In this document: one piece after another, positions 24,983 through 39,449 of the stretch
Layout: every line of letters begins with the position of its first letter
Numbering within the stretch: position 1 is the first letter of the stretch
Assembly: GCA_051362555.1 (NCBI GenBank)
Contig: CM120640.1
Span: forward strand, 39,224,788 to 39,288,787
Direction: 5' to 3'
DNA: 64,000 bases
DNA from: Lingula anatina
Lineage: Eukaryota > Animalia > Brachiopoda
Notes under the pieces: model-generated
The model's database searches: none
What the model was told of the DNA's origin: nothing
The model's input: only the letters and a program-made list of their open reading frames with translations
Position numbers and translations under genes: made by a program

Positions 24983-26746
24983 CAAACAGTTTGTTATTGG
25001 AGAGGTCGAGTGTACGTGTCTAGCGGTCATCGTGGGCAGAGTACGTGTCTAGGGATTATCTGTCAACACGTTTCTTCAATTTCTTTTCTTGACTGATTAG
25101 TTATAACAGCTTTTGCGTGATCGTTTTTTCATTTATGTTGTACGGATCGCCCACCAGTGTCTTTATGCTCATGCCTCACCCATTTATAATGGTTTTCATA
25201 ATCAATCTTTAGTCAAAGGGTTTCGAATCTGTTTTCTCTCTGCACGAAATTTACTTAGAGATACATTTGAAGTCAAATTTTTGCAACAAAGCTAGACAAA
25301 ATGCCTCCGTATAGTTTCAAATACAGTAGTATACCTAACCATTGCGTACTTTTACGAAATGGAGGGATGGATAAATAGGCCAATTTTCTACCAGAAATTT
25401 GAAGAAAGTGCAGTTTTAAAGCTATTTTTGACTGAACAAAGCATTAATTTGGTAAATGACTTGGTAGATCAACTTTCTTTAGTTGTATAAGAAACTATTA
25501 GAAGTGGTTTATATGCGTTACTGGGAAACTATTCTCGCTTTATATGTAACTTTAAAGGATAATAGGTAGAGTAAACTTAAGCTTTTCAGTTTTCGAATTT
25601 TAGAGAATCGGCACTCGATCTATACACTAGAAATATGTTTAAATCGATAATCATCCTATAAACACTATAAAAACAATCAATTACTAGAAAAAAGGTTGAT
25701 AATGACAGCTCAGGTAGATAGCTTAAGGATATTGAAACCCTTTATTATCATCCACATACCGAAATCGAGGCTTTTACAGCATCTAAATATTCAATAATGC
25801 ATCTATCTTTGTGCTGATTTAAAATTAAAAAAATCAAAAATATAAAATATCAGCGCTTATATTTCTCCTTGCAATGTATAAGCATAGGCAACTTTAATCA
25901 ATTTAACACCTTTCTATTTAGAGGTAGTATAGCAATCAGTATGGGGCGTAACTTTATCCCTGAACAAGATTTTATTACCAAAATTGGCAGAGTTGACCAC
26001 GAGTGTATAAGCTACATTCCCGTACCATCGTTTTGGTTTAAATCCTTTTGTTATGGAGTTATTAGCCCCTGATTACAGGTTTTCGGCAAACAGACACATT
26101 ATTTTGCTTTATAAACGATAAAATCTGAACGACGACTTTTAAGAAAAATTGCTTACAGGGTTTTGGAGTACTAAATGGTGTCATTAAATAGGCACTGAAA
26201 CGGTGATCGCGGGTGGTTATGTAAAAGATGAAATTGAGAAACCTATTTTTTTCATTTTACCCCAAAATCGCAATTATGACGTCATTATGACATATGTTTA
26301 AATGTCAATTAATTTAGTCACTAAACACTGAAGATTTATCTTTTACCCAAAAGAATGTATGTAAGACAGTAAATAAGGAGTTTTGGGAGAAGGTTGACAA
26401 TATCCTTAACACACATGCTCTCTCCCCTGTGGCTTGTGTGACGTCACCCAACCACGTGACCATGTAGTTCATTTACTTCCAGCCTTAGCAAAAACGATTT
26501 GTAAAGCTCGGTATGAGCTTCAAATTTGTATATTTTTTATAAAGAAATCATTAGTTGGGCATGTTGTTTCTGAAGGATATGCTCAGTCCAAGCCATCTTG
26601 ATGATCTGTCTAAAACCCTTGAAACTCAAGTCACATTTACGAGCAAAATGCTGCCGGAATTAAAATCACGGAATTCTAAGTGCATTCCAAATATTTGGAC
26701 CTCAGGCCCATACCTGTGGTCGGCCCTAATGTTTTGGTCAAGCTCG

Positions 26747-26747
<1 letters not shown>

Positions 26748-26786
<39 letters not shown>

Positions 26787-26817
26787 GTTGTTGTTGTTGT
26801 TGTTGTTGTTGTTGTTG
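26748..26817. repeat. Compound (ATT)n-(GTT)n microsatellite
   Basis: Directly visible; produces the poly-Ile/poly-Cys in spurious ORF 26555-26839. Confidence 0.95.
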
Positions 26818-29800
26818 CAGGTATCACGTTCACTGTTAAATGCTCACGATTGTCTTGAAAACATCTGTAAAATTCCATGAATGATGACTAAGAAATAATG
26901 ACAAATATTCATTTAAAACCAATTTCTCAATAATTTCCAGTAAGTAATTTGATTTTTCCAGTAATTACCTACTTTTCTGCTTCCAAGAAATGCCATTGTC
27001 AGCTTAAACCGACAAAAAGATAAATTTGTCCTGTAAACAATTATGTACGTAAACTTCTCTTTAGACAACACGGATTTAACTCTGAGTTTCATACAGAGAA
27101 AATACTTCTTTTGCCTTAAATTTTAGATAATTTTCAATATCTGAAAATTACCTCTTCACTGCCAAATCCTAAATATCCTACTTATTCAACATTTCTGCTT
27201 ATGATTAGCTTTTCATAATTACAGAGCCGAGATTTTTTATAGAGTAATAGAGAAAGGCGGGTTCACATAAGTTCAAAACAGTATAACAGAGTATAGTCTA
27301 GAGGCAATTCCCAGAACACATTAATGTGAAATTATTTGTCCTGTGTGTCCCAGTAACAATGTCCCAAAAAATCAGGCAAACAAAACGCTAAGCAAGTATG
27401 ATTTTCTCTAAATAACGGTCGATTATTTTTTCAAATCCCACGATAGGTGATTAAACCCTATTCTTATTATCGCCCATAGATAGACAGATTCGGGTGTAAA
27501 TTGTCCTAGACACTCCCGCTGTCCTTATAGTTAAAGGTTTAGATATCAAATACAGCAGTTTCAAGCTTCAACCAAAATATAAATGTAGACTTAAGACAAA
27601 TAGAGCCAAAATAGTCGGTGATCAAAATCGTTATGAGATAAGACATCCAATTTAACCAAAGGCGTCAGTATAAGCTTCTCTTAATGTGTTTTGTCTGCAC
27701 GTTTTGATTATTGCCGTTGACATGACATGTGCAATACGTTGCTAGTTGTAATTCTTATTACAGTGTAGGTAACACGCCACGAAAGAAGCATGGTTCAGGA
27801 GACGCCGTGCAATCATTGTAGAACATTTCTTGGCATGGTGGTACTTTTTACCTATTAAACACGTCTTTATTTCCCGAACTATCGAAGAAAAGTTTTCTTT
27901 CAAATGCTTCAACACGAAGAAGAAAACAAGATGACAAAATGTGCAATTACAGTATTCAAAGTATTTTATATAAGCAACAGTATTCCAAGTATCTTATATA
28001 AGCAACAATCTCTGAAGTGGTTTTCAGCCTCTAGCTTGTCAACCCGGTGGCACGTTCTCAGAACTTGGTGGATAATTTGGAATGTGGTTTAATGGCACCT
28101 TCAATATTTGTTATCGACACTTTTTACAGTAACATAAATAATGCGATAATTAACCAATTTGTCACAAAATCGATTGAAACAAAGTTGAATTTTTCAATAA
28201 AAGTTGACGATTTTCCCTGTCTGTTTTTGCACTGTCGCGACTCGACCATTTATGATTTTCTTCTATAAAACCTTTCTCATTCTTTTTATATAATAATTAA
28301 ATCGCGTAAAGCAAAAAGAGCAACATGTCTTAATTCTAAAGTTAACTTTTTCCCCTTCAAAGCAGTTCAAAGCAAGTTCATTGATTATAACCGTCCCTGA
28401 GATGATTACGATTTATCTATATGAGCATTATCACCATTAAGAGTTTTAACCATCAAAGTATATGGTTACCTGGAATTTACGTTTCAAAGCTGGTATAATG
28501 TACATTTCAAAGCCCATTCAGAGGTCTAAAATGTTCAGGAGAAGATAGCAGATCATCGATCCTTTAGATTATGCGTCTCGAGTTTTATCTCCACCCATTT
28601 CTCCTGAATCTAGAATAGGACTGATTTCAAGAAGCACGATTACATTTTATTACTGTTATATTATGCTCCCGTACTTTCCACACCATCGCATATCAATAAT
28701 TATGCACACAGTAGGAAGGAAGGATTTCAGTAATTTTCTTGTGCAGTGGACAAGACGTAATAACAAAGCTTTTTCACAGTTGCATAAAACTGTTTCTAAA
28801 TATAAGCAATTCGAGTATGGAGACAAAACCAATACTTCCTCGAATGGCATTTTGATCTCGATTTACCACATCAACGCCATCACTCACGGAAATCTTTTAG
28901 AATGGTATCAGGCGATAATGGCATTTGGATCGTCAAGGCAGCGCCCTGTGGCCAATACGAACCCCTCATACGAATCACGGAAACTTATATAATCTTATTT
29001 TAATTGGCAAAGAGATACAGTGCGTGGAAATCCTGCCGCTATTTGCAGCCTTATCCCGAGGAGGCAATTTCCTGAATTGCTTTCTATCAGCTGCACTCGA
29101 ATTAAGGAAGTGGTAGTAGGGCCGTGTCTTGATTAATAGTCATTGGAATCCTATGTCGCTTTACGATGTCCTTAGACGTTACCTTAACCTATACCGCACG
29201 CGATCATCGTTAGCCTAAGAAAACCGCAAATGGAACTATAACTGATCGCCCCATGTCCTCAAAGTAATGACAGCGTAAGGATAAGTTCGGAAATGAATGG
29301 CAATCTTTGCCAGCTTCTTAATTACAAATTTTGTGTTTTTTACGCTGTTGGTAAGGTTTTTTCGAAACCTTTCATTGCTGTTAAAGGTGACAGGTATGTA
29401 GTATCGCAACCTTTTTGTCACACGTAAACAAGTAATTGGTATGGTTTTCGCTGAAAAGAGAAAACCATGGTTTTGCTTCTGTATCGTGCATCTTATTTCA
29501 AACTTTCGGGTTTATTTTGCTGGGTACTAAGAGATGCTAATCAAAGTAATAGGAAAGGAATACATTTACTTTTACCTTTACTTAACTTACTGTAAGAATT
29601 CTGAACTTATTGTAAGGGTAATAAAAGCTGCAGCTGGCTAAACATTATTTGGAGAACATTGTCGAAAGTAGAACTGTTCGTTTTATTTCACCTATCGGGG
29701 TGCTGTTCGTTCAAAATGGCTCCAAATGCAAGACATTCCGACGAGTACGTTGAAGATGATTGACAGGAATGGTAGTCCGCTAGGAACCGTAATCCACTCC

Positions 29801-30274
29801 CCATTATTTTGTACAGGTGACATTGGTTCCATGTACTAACCCCAATACTACAACCTGTCCTTACCTGTACTCATCATATGGGACCCCAGAATTTCATTCC
29901 TAGGACTACTATTCCTGTCACACCTGTCTCATAAAGACGCTTTAGGTCGAAAATTGGTCCAAAATTCTACCTTTGTTTAAGATAAATCCATAGTTGTTCA
30001 CTTAAGTAAAGTATTCTTATGAAACATAAGTCATGTTTTTCTAGTCATAAGCAGGCGCAACGTTTCACTTAATGTAATAGGACATAAAGTAAAGTAAAAC
30101 ATTGGTGTAAAATGTGAAAAATTCTTTGATCTTTTGTCAAACAGGCCCAATCCATCCGACAGAGATGGGTCGTAGAGAGGAAGGTGGACCCAACTCGGCT
30201 GTAAACACACCTTGATGCTAATTTAAGAACGGCACTCGTGTCCAATTAAAGGCTACAAAAAGTATGTTCCTTAC

Positions 30275-30437
30275 CTAACCTCTTCCCAGCTGACGGATTG
30301 TAGTTAAAACCTCTTCCGAAGCACACCAAGTCCAGAGTATCTGCTAATGATTTACCACAAAGGTTTTCTGACAGAGCTGCATGGCATAATGAGAGGACTA
30401 TTACTGTGCCTATGATGAGCGAGTAAGACTTGTACAT
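30275..30437 (-). CDS. Insulin/IGF-like peptide A, first coding exon (signal peptide and B chain)
   Basis: MYKSYSLIIGTVIVLSLCHAALS-ENLCGKSLADTLDLVCFGRGFNYNPSAGKRL, with C-x11-C and the insulin/IGF-type GRGF. Acceptor TTATTTCAG|A ATG, donor G|GTAAG (phase 1). Spliced product is 167 aa. Confidence 0.93.
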
Positions 30438-30705
30438 TCTGAAATAAGATTATAAAAATGAAAATGAATGGCAATTATAAGCAAAACCCTACTTACTTGT
30501 TTTTTTCATGGTGCAATAAACGTTACAATTTAGCTCACTGCGATTTTATAAGTCACGACTTATGTGATCCTCTTCCATATTACATTTCTATACCCCTCTA
30601 AAGACTAAAACAGCACATTTTCTTTCATTGCCCGATGAAGCTCTCCAGGAAGAAGTGGTTGGTTTAATTTGAGATAGGACGCCGCCGACACGTTGTCAAT
30701 CTCAC

Positions 30706-30960
30706 CTGTTGTGTTGTTTTGAGCGTATACAGTTGGAGATAAAGCAGACAACCTTCCTACTAAGTATCAAAAAGCACATGCGGCATCTGGCCATTTTCTC
30801 TGTATTGCGTGAGCGTGTGGTCGTTGCTTCTCCTTTGCCACACAACCTCTTTCGTGAAACTTTCGAATTGAAATACCCAGACCACGAGCACGTGTGAAAT
30901 TTATATACACACCTAATATCTTTGAATACGTCACTTCCTCCCTGCCATGCATATGTGCGT
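30706..30960 (-). promoter_or_regulatory. Predicted non-coding exon 1 and TATA promoter of ILP-A
   Basis: Donor CAG|GTGAG at 30706/30705; TATATAAA on minus at ~30900-30907; CRE half-site at ~30928 and CATATG E-box at 30950. Fits the three-exon insulin gene plan. Confidence 0.55.
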
Positions 30961-33900
30961 ATTTTCATTTTCCATTGTCCCCATTGTCAGACCTTTATGC
31001 ATTTGAAAATCGATAACTTTTCAATCAACTAAACAGTACTAATGACGCAAATTTAAGCAATCGCCATTTCATTAAAAAAAACAACATAATAAATAGCAAT
31101 AGTGCCAGAAAGTCGTGTTGTCTAAATTGCTTTTAAATTTCAGTTACGATCCAACGTTCATGCTTTTTACTTTTTTATGAATCACCAATAATGACGACCA
31201 TCGCCTACTGATTAACCAAATTTACGTAGCAAGTACATATATATCTTAAATACACAATCTTCAGCACACCTATGCAGCTGATACTGTTATGTTAACAAAA
31301 TGCCCAACAAAATCAAGAATTATCCTGTCTCCACTATGAAACATGCCAACATGTCCGAATTAGCTTTCTGGTTATTATTTGGCTAACTCATCGTTCAATG
31401 TCCAATGCGTTTCCTATCCAAACTACATGAAGCAGGGAAGTAGGGTGATTGATAATGTGGGATGATAATGCTTAAGTAGCTATACATAGTAATGCAAAAT
31501 AAGAGCTTTGTTCCAACATGCAGGATATTAAAGCACAATTCTTAAACTTAGCACTGAAGCAAAATATTCACAAGGATTCTACTCTTTTTAAACTTCGGTT
31601 TACTTGTTTTTTTCCTTTCTTTTTTTGTCTATGGTATTTAAAATATCTATTCTTAAACTTCGTTCTGACGTCACGTTACTTGCAAGGATTCATAAGTCCC
31701 TCTTAAGTAGATTATGGTTTGTTTGTTTGCCCGTTTTTTTTTCCGTTGGTCGATGACATTGCCAAGATCTTTCCTTTTTTCACCCAAATGGTTTGTCGTA
31801 AAAGGCGCAGTTTTAGAACAAAAAGTCATTCACTTACCTCGATGTTGTTGTTGAAGCGGCAACCGCAGCACACACCGTTTTTGACTGCAACATTATTAAA
31901 CAAGTGTTGCGTAGCTTGGTCCAAACCTACCTCCACAAATTTTTTCAAACAGATAATAAATAACTCTCAGGTGGCAATTATACCTGAGAAGGATCCAGCT
32001 AAAAGCCTGTGAAATGCATGACTTTCTTTCAAACAAACGTGGAAAACAAATTGGGTCCCCACTCACTTAATCTGAAAAGAGTGTGGCGGGGGATAATGAT
32101 AGTTACTGTTAAGGAAAATTGCTTTGTCTCAAAGATCGAAGGATATTTCATCACGTACCGTCATTATACCTGTGGATTACTTGCAAATCTAGATCTTAGG
32201 TTCTTTTAAGAAATTGGCTGCATCAAGTGGTCATTAGGGAACGTTTGAGAGCCGTAGGTAGCCGCAAGATTTCCGAGATGGGAGACACCCGCCAATATTG
32301 CCCTCCGGTCAAATTTGAAAGACGGTGACTTAAAAACTATTAGCATGCTTGCGGGAAACCCTGAGAATAGATACGTTGAATAGCGACTGCAGGAGACCGT
32401 AAACGCCAGACATTCACAAACAACTGGATGCGTAGGAAACATCGACTTTTCACAACAGGTTGCTAGCAAATTGACTAGGTCCTTGGTGCGCTGGTTATCA
32501 AGTCTTAAGATATAAGGCATTTACTTAACAAGTTGGTTAATTATATGTATAAATAGTCAATGAGGGACGTAAAGGAAGGATGCCATTCATTGGATGCAGA
32601 GGTTGCATGGCAAACTACGATTATATGAAATGTTATTTTTACATTATGGTTCAAAAAGTATTTTGAGAACATAAGAAGTTAATTCGGTGAGGTCTGAGAT
32701 TGCATATGATAAGATGAAATTTGAAACTAGAAATCAAAGGGGATGCCCATAAAGAACTTTAAAGAAACATTGTTTAATGACGTTTATCCTCAAAACTTCA
32801 GCAATTTTCACTTCAACAACAGGTGAATTTTTCCTGAAGCAAAATTACAATTTATCCGTAATGCTTCTCCTTGAACCAAAGAATTACATGTAACGTTTGG
32901 AAAATTATCTAATTATGTTCTTGAGCAGGTTTGTGCGAAAAAATGGATCACGTTGGATACGTTTAGATACGAAAAAAACAGATGAAAAATGGTTTTGATT
33001 GCAATTCTCATAGGAAAAATGTCTTTTTATTGTTATATAATAATGTGTATTCGCAACTGAAAGTCGCTGGATTGTACAATATATCATACAAATTAATACA
33101 AAACTTTAATGCAATAAATAAAATCAAACGAAATTAAATGACAATAACAGAGTATTAAAATGAATCAAAATAATATTTGGTAAATTGAAGATAATTTAAA
33201 ATCATACTAAAAGTCAGATAATTCTTTAAAGTATTTAGTTTCCATGAATGTCTTTGAAGATCTGACAGTTCTCAATTTTGGGTCTCTATATTTTTGAGGC
33301 TGGCGTAGTGAATAGGACCTTTTAATTTAACTGGTAATAGTTGGTTGGTTTAACATGTATGATCTTTGAACATACTGTGGAAATTTGATTCCGATAGCCC
33401 ATCTCTTCTGCATGCAAGCGCTCCACTGTTTGAATTGCTAAGTGCTTCATCATAGGCCTACTAGATATTAGGGTATATGATTTTACATGGTCGTTTCTGA
33501 TTTTTTTCGATTTTGTCACTTTTTTGTTTTGTAAAACCGGGGTGCCATTGGCAAGGCTAATAACAGATATGTGGAAGAATATGAGTTCAGTACTACTGTA
33601 GAAACCCTTGATAGTTTCGATAGTATAGTCTCTGGCTTGCATTTTCACATGATTCATTGGATTACGAGATGGGCCCCTCCCAGCTCAAATCATTATTGTT
33701 CTTAAAACCTTTAAACCTTGTGTATTAAACAGCATAAAGATATCATGGTCAAGGTCATGGTCAAAGTTAGGAAACTGATAACATGATCTATAAAATCGTT
33801 CTTTCTACATTGATTTTTCCCCTTAAATTGCATATTGGTAATGTTGCACAAAAAGTACAAAAAATTGGTTGGTATTTTAGACAGCTCTGTGTTTGTTTTA

Positions 33901-34257
33901 GTAGAGTGCTACAGACACGACATGGGCTTGTTTGAAACGTTGTCCTCGTTGTCCTGCTTAAAAGCATTTGCCGTCTTCTTCCAAACCAAGCTTATTAAGA
34001 GCATAATAAGACTGCTAATAAGAAATGGGGATAGTGTATCTGACAGCCCAGAACTAACAAAACCAGACGTGCTGTATCTTGCAGACACGCTAGTCACGCA
34101 TGAATCCGATATCCACCAAATTTAGATATTTCCTGGCCTTGCCAACATAAGTCAGATCAGTAAGACATAGTGAAAGTCTTCCTTCACGTCTTTGGCAAGT
34201 TAGGCTACACCATTCGCCAGAAGGGTGAATGTGCCATAGAAGAATAGACCTAATGAA

Positions 34258-34425
34258 ATATTATATTATATTATATTATATTATATTATATTATATTATA
34301 TTTAATCATTTGTAAGTAGCTCCGTGTTACTGGAAATTAAGATCAAGTAGCATGCAACTATATTTAAGTCGATATATTTTTTTATCTAATAGTCTGCAAA
34401 GATCCTAGTTACTGCACCATAATAA

Positions 34426-34472
<47 letters not shown>
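34258..34472. repeat. (ATATT)n and (ATT)n microsatellites
   Basis: Visible at ~34258-34302 and ~34428-34472. Confidence 0.9.
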
Positions 34473-36578
34473 GGCATATCATGGCATATCTTCTTATTAC
34501 ATGTTGCTGTGTGATACATATATGATTGACAGATGCAAGATGCTAATATTGTGTGACGTTTACAAAGAAAAATATGTTTTCAGGAGGATTTGCGTCAGAC
34601 ATTTTTTAATTAATTTTTAAAGGGCAGAATATTTTTTTAAAGTTGGTAGATTAATTGTTGAATAATGAAAAGGATGCATAAAACACGAAATGTGAGAAAA
34701 ACCTACAAGTTTGTCTTGAAGTAGAAATGCCATTCGCTTATTACTTCCGTCGCCCACACTAGCAAACCAACAAAATGTAAACGTTATTTTAATACGTAAT
34801 TCTTAAAAGAATTATTTGGAAGAAAAATATGCCTCTCCAGTACCTGTTTGACATAAAAATTTCTTACCATCGCTCCGCTCGGATGAGCTTTACAGGTTAG
34901 ATATGCAATATAGGCCTAACATTCCAATCTAGCTCCATGTACAACTCAATTTGAAATAAAATCTCTGGGTTCCTCAGCTTCTTAAAATGTGGAAACTGGG
35001 GAATTATGAGTTATATTTCACTTCAGCATCTTTTTCTTTGGATAGTTAAGGATGTGTGAAACCTGGAAAGAAATACTGGAAAGAAATAACTACCGCGTTT
35101 TGTAAAAAGGAGAACCAACGGATAATATTCTAATTTCTTTATTTTCGATTGAAAATGCATTTTAAACTCACTGGAATCTTTTGCACGGAAGACGGATCTG
35201 GGAAATGCGAACTTAGTCACTACTCCTCAAACCTAATATAGAGGTTCAAATAAGGTCACGGGCATGCTCTTAAAAATATTAAGAACACAGATTGCAAACT
35301 ATGTTTGATTATTTTAGGGTCCAACATGAAGAACTTTGTATCAAAGTTTCACTGTCCTGGGACCATGAATAATAAAAAATAATTCATTGTCTATCCCCAA
35401 AAAGGGTACATACGTTACTGTCACAAATACAAAACGCCCAGCTGTGGAAATGCTTTACTCACTTTGAAAATTTAATCATCACTGGTTTTGTTCTTTGATA
35501 TATCCCCTACAAGTATAACGTTGTAAAAAAATGATGATATGAAATTAAAATTAAATATACAGGAACATACATTAACCGGAACATACGTTACCATTAAGGT
35601 CTCTTTTTATAATGTAAAGACATGATAGAAATTAAAAATTCAATTAAAAATGAGACAGTCGTGGATTTTTTATCTATAAACATTTATTTTTAAAAAAATT
35701 GAAAACAACTTTGATTTCATTCAATTTTATTTTTTGACACTTCAGCATGTGAAATGCATCTCTTCTATATTGGGTTTGGGTGTACTACGCATTATATGAC
35801 TCAAATATGGCGTATTTAAACATTTAAACTGCCTGGGGTCACCAAAAATGGCTCAATGCAAGGTGATTCATTAAATCCAGGCACAGAAATGGAATTCCGT
35901 TCAGTCCCCCTTTGCTAAGAAAACGAGTTTGGCTTCTTTCCCGTAAAGAATGACGAAGGTGAAGTCTACATAGTGGTAATGCATTGATAACGCGATCCAT
36001 TTTTTTTTTTTTTTTTTTTGCATCAACCACTCGTCTCCTTTATTCAAAATATATCGGCATTTAATGGGTAGTCTAATTCATACTTCTTCCCGTCTCCTTG
36101 CGTTATGCTTCCACCCAAACTTAACTCGGGGTAACGAAATAAGAACTATCCCTGCATTCTCTGGGGCCAATGATAATACACGGTAGCGATAAAAAGACTC
36201 TTCGGGTGATACTTTGCCCATTTATATCCAATCACCTGAAATAAGGTGAATGTATATTTCATTGTACCCGGCAGAGATTGCAGTGCCGGTTTCAATAATG
36301 CGATGGTGGTTCGACCGCCCTTCATTGCCTCTATGAAGAGAGTGGGAGGCTCTTGCGGCCTTTTTCATTCACTGGGAAGAAGCGGAGAGATCGGGTCCGG
36401 TGACCGGGGGGCCATTTCCAGATGGACACCCTTTGCGGTCGTATTAGAGAAAAAATGCCTAAGTGGACACCAGAATGACAACCGTTTACAGCAAGGTGGG
36501 AAGGAGGGACCTGCAAGGGAAGGACAAAGTAGGTGGTTATTAAATCCCCGAAGCTTTGATCATTGCCATAGATAGAGT

Positions 36579-37510
36579 AGGGGAGACCGGGGCTAGTTGG
36601 ACCCCGGGGTAAGTTGGCTCCTCGTCAATTTATGAAAAGTAACTACGAGGTAAAAAAAAATGATCACATCATTTTGTAAAATGACAGTATCCAATAATGC
36701 CAAGAAAGCCTCGGTCGTAAAAAAAGTTTAACAAGGGATGAGTCTAAATGAAAGATTTCTACAGCTAAAAGTAACTTTGTTAAAGAGATTTTTAAATCTA
36801 TTTTCGTAGGCTTTTGATCGAATATAGTATATGTATAGGGCATCAAACTAAAGCTAATTGCTTCAAGTTTCACAAAAATGTAGTTCATTCTATCACCAAA
36901 AAAGGCTGCAATCCTTTTAAAAAAAATGTGCACCCGTAGCTAGTTGGACCTTCATGTAGACCACAATCCTCTGAGCGCAAAAGAGTTATAGACCATTGTT
37001 AAAACAAAGTAAATGGTTTGTTAAATAAATACCAGTTTAAGATTGAATTTGTTAGTTTCTTTTTAAACGAAAGCTAATTGGTTATTGTCATTCATTGAAA
37101 CCTGCCTTATACCATTATTAGTTGATTCTTAAATAAAAAACAAGTTTAATAAATGGATATTTGGGTTTTTGCAACACATACAAGGTAACGTATAGAAACC
37201 TCAATATATCTGCTTTATTTGATCTACTTATTCAGCAAATAAAAATGTGTAAAATGTATTTCATGGTGTTTACATGGGATACCAACTGCATTTAAGTATG
37301 GAGTGCCAACTTGCCAAGTCTCTGGTGCCAACTTGCGTTTTTTGTCAAATTGTGAGCCATCTGGCATATATTTGCAAAATAATGACGTTGCATATGTAGC
37401 TAAATTTCATGGCGTTTGCTTTAAACCGGTTTTGTTTGCTCTTACTCATTCCCAGTTGGCTCTACAAAGCCATAAAAGTCTAATTGGGGCAAATAGCCCT
37501 GGTCTCCCCT
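36579..37510. mobile_element. MITE with ~21-bp imperfect TIRs (possibly pogo/Tc1-mariner-like)
   Basis: AGGGGAGACCGGGGCTAGTTG ... CAAATAGCCCTGGTCTCCCCT; internal recurrence of GCTAGTTGGACC at ~36940. Confidence 0.75.
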
Positions 37511-39264
37511 TTGCATCGCTTGTAAGAGAAATTTGAAGATTAAACGCACCCCCAGGAGATAGAATTTCAAGGAATTGACGTTGAATCGTGTCCACATATA
37601 TCTGAAGCATAAAAAATCTAGTTGTATAACTGTTGTGCAATTATGTAGGACAACAAGACAACAAGTGAATTTACCATGTTACATGTACTCCAAGTAGTTC
37701 ACAAGTGCTAGACAAGAAAAGCTTGTGTATCGAGTTACTCCGGCTACGTCTTCCTTTTTTTTTCAAAAACAAGTCGCTGTTTAGTATCTTTTTCAGAAAA
37801 TAAACACAAATTCAACAATCATCATTTACAAACTTTCTTTAACAACCGACACACAATATAAGCAATGCTTAATAATAAACGGTATGTAGGGCAATGAACC
37901 CTCTTGCTAGTATTCTCGGAAACCAAGCAGAAGAGATGAAATGTCAATGGCAAGTAGAATTCCAGAGTAATGAAAATACTTGGCCACCCACCTCGGACTT
38001 ATTGATGACAATCAAGCTTTCAACGTGGGCGATAGAAATTGTTTCTCAGAAACACATTGCGAAGACATACTGAGTTTGCAAGCGTTTGCGATTATATAAC
38101 ACAGAGTGGCCAAGAATAGATCAAGTCAAAATCTCGACGCCCTGTTTTTGATGTCTTTTTAGTGTATTTTGCACTTACAAGCAAAAAACAACTGCAAAAG
38201 TACTACAAACAAGTTCCACTGAAAGAAATTTCATGAGCAAAGTAGACATAGCAACCCATCCCAATTTGCAACGTGCTCCATTGTTACAATGACCTTTACT
38301 CCGAGATCTTCACAATTCCATATATCACCAGTATTCAACTTTACTTCGATTTAGAGATCTTCACAATTCCATTACAACAGTATTCTTTCTTTCGGGTCAA
38401 ACAAAAAAACTCACGGAAAACACAAACTAGTTGTACAAGACAATTAACGTGGTTTTACAACTGATCTATTTTGTCAATACAACAATATCTACCAAATAGT
38501 GGGACCTAATATTGTAGGTTGGATGCAGAGGTCTAGCACAACCTTTGAAGGGATATGAAATTATCACTTTTGTTATCTAATATGTTGTCTCATATCTAAC
38601 TTAAGTCTATCAGGTGTTGTCTGTTGGAAGAACAAGTGTTTTACACCGCCGTTTTGATTGTACTCGTGGCCTGCTGACATTGCGATCTTTGACGTCAAAA
38701 TGATTATTGCTAGGTGAAAGACTCTCGTAAGAAACTAATCAAATAACTGAACAGAAGTAGGTGAGATAAAAAAAGAAATTCCGTTCAGAAACAATGGACA
38801 AATCCCAGACGTTGGAAAGAACGATAGTTCAAAAACTGGATCTTAGCAAATGAGAGAAAAGTTTATCATTAAAAAATGCCTGATTTTGTGAGTAAACAAC
38901 GCCGCGCCAAGTTCTACTTTGTAATAAATGAGTCTCAATATGTCAAACGTCCTCGATGCCTTTGGCATATATTTAGTCATCATGGGCAACACTCTTGTCT
39001 AAACGCCCCATTGTTTTTTCTCGGAAATCAAATACTTCAAATAGCAATTGCAGTATACTCGAGTCCACATAAGTGGGGATCAAACGCCACACACTGGGAT
39101 TTAAATGTGGCGCAAGCTGTGGTCTTCATGCGCGCAACCAAAATCTTGCATAATACTAGTAATCATTGTCTAGACAAAGCAAGGTTTCCGTGAATCTACA
39201 CGCAAAACGATAGTAGACATAGTAAAGATGGCTTATCCATCAATGATATCAGGCTGTGAAACCA

Positions 39265-39330
39265 ATCTTCGTCTTTTTAGTCTTTGTGTACTATATATAT
39301 ATAGTACACAAAGACTAAAAAGACGAAGAT
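39265..39330. repeat. Perfect 66-bp palindrome centred on (TA)6
   Basis: ATCTTCGTCTTTTTAGTCTTTGTGTAC-(TA)6-GTACACAAAGACTAAAAAGACGAAGAT. Confidence 0.95.
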
Positions 39331-39449
39331 GCACGCACATGTATACACTCACACGCACTCACACACACTAACTTAAAACACAGAGAGCAGCACTTCTGAT
39401 CTAAAAGCATTCTTATAATCATAGTGGCATTTTGGACGAAAACATCTAA

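Noticed and set aside
25270-26750. Repeat-like intronic segment in ILP-A
   Set aside because: Looks like a non-autonomous element, but I could not define termini or a second copy in the window.
26555-26839. ORF with poly-Ile and poly-Cys
   Set aside because: Translation of the (ATT)n(GTT)n microsatellite.
31719-32012. ORF with RKRR and CC, considered as a third insulin-like peptide
   Set aside because: No C-x11-C or CC-x3-C-x8-C pattern and no signal peptide.
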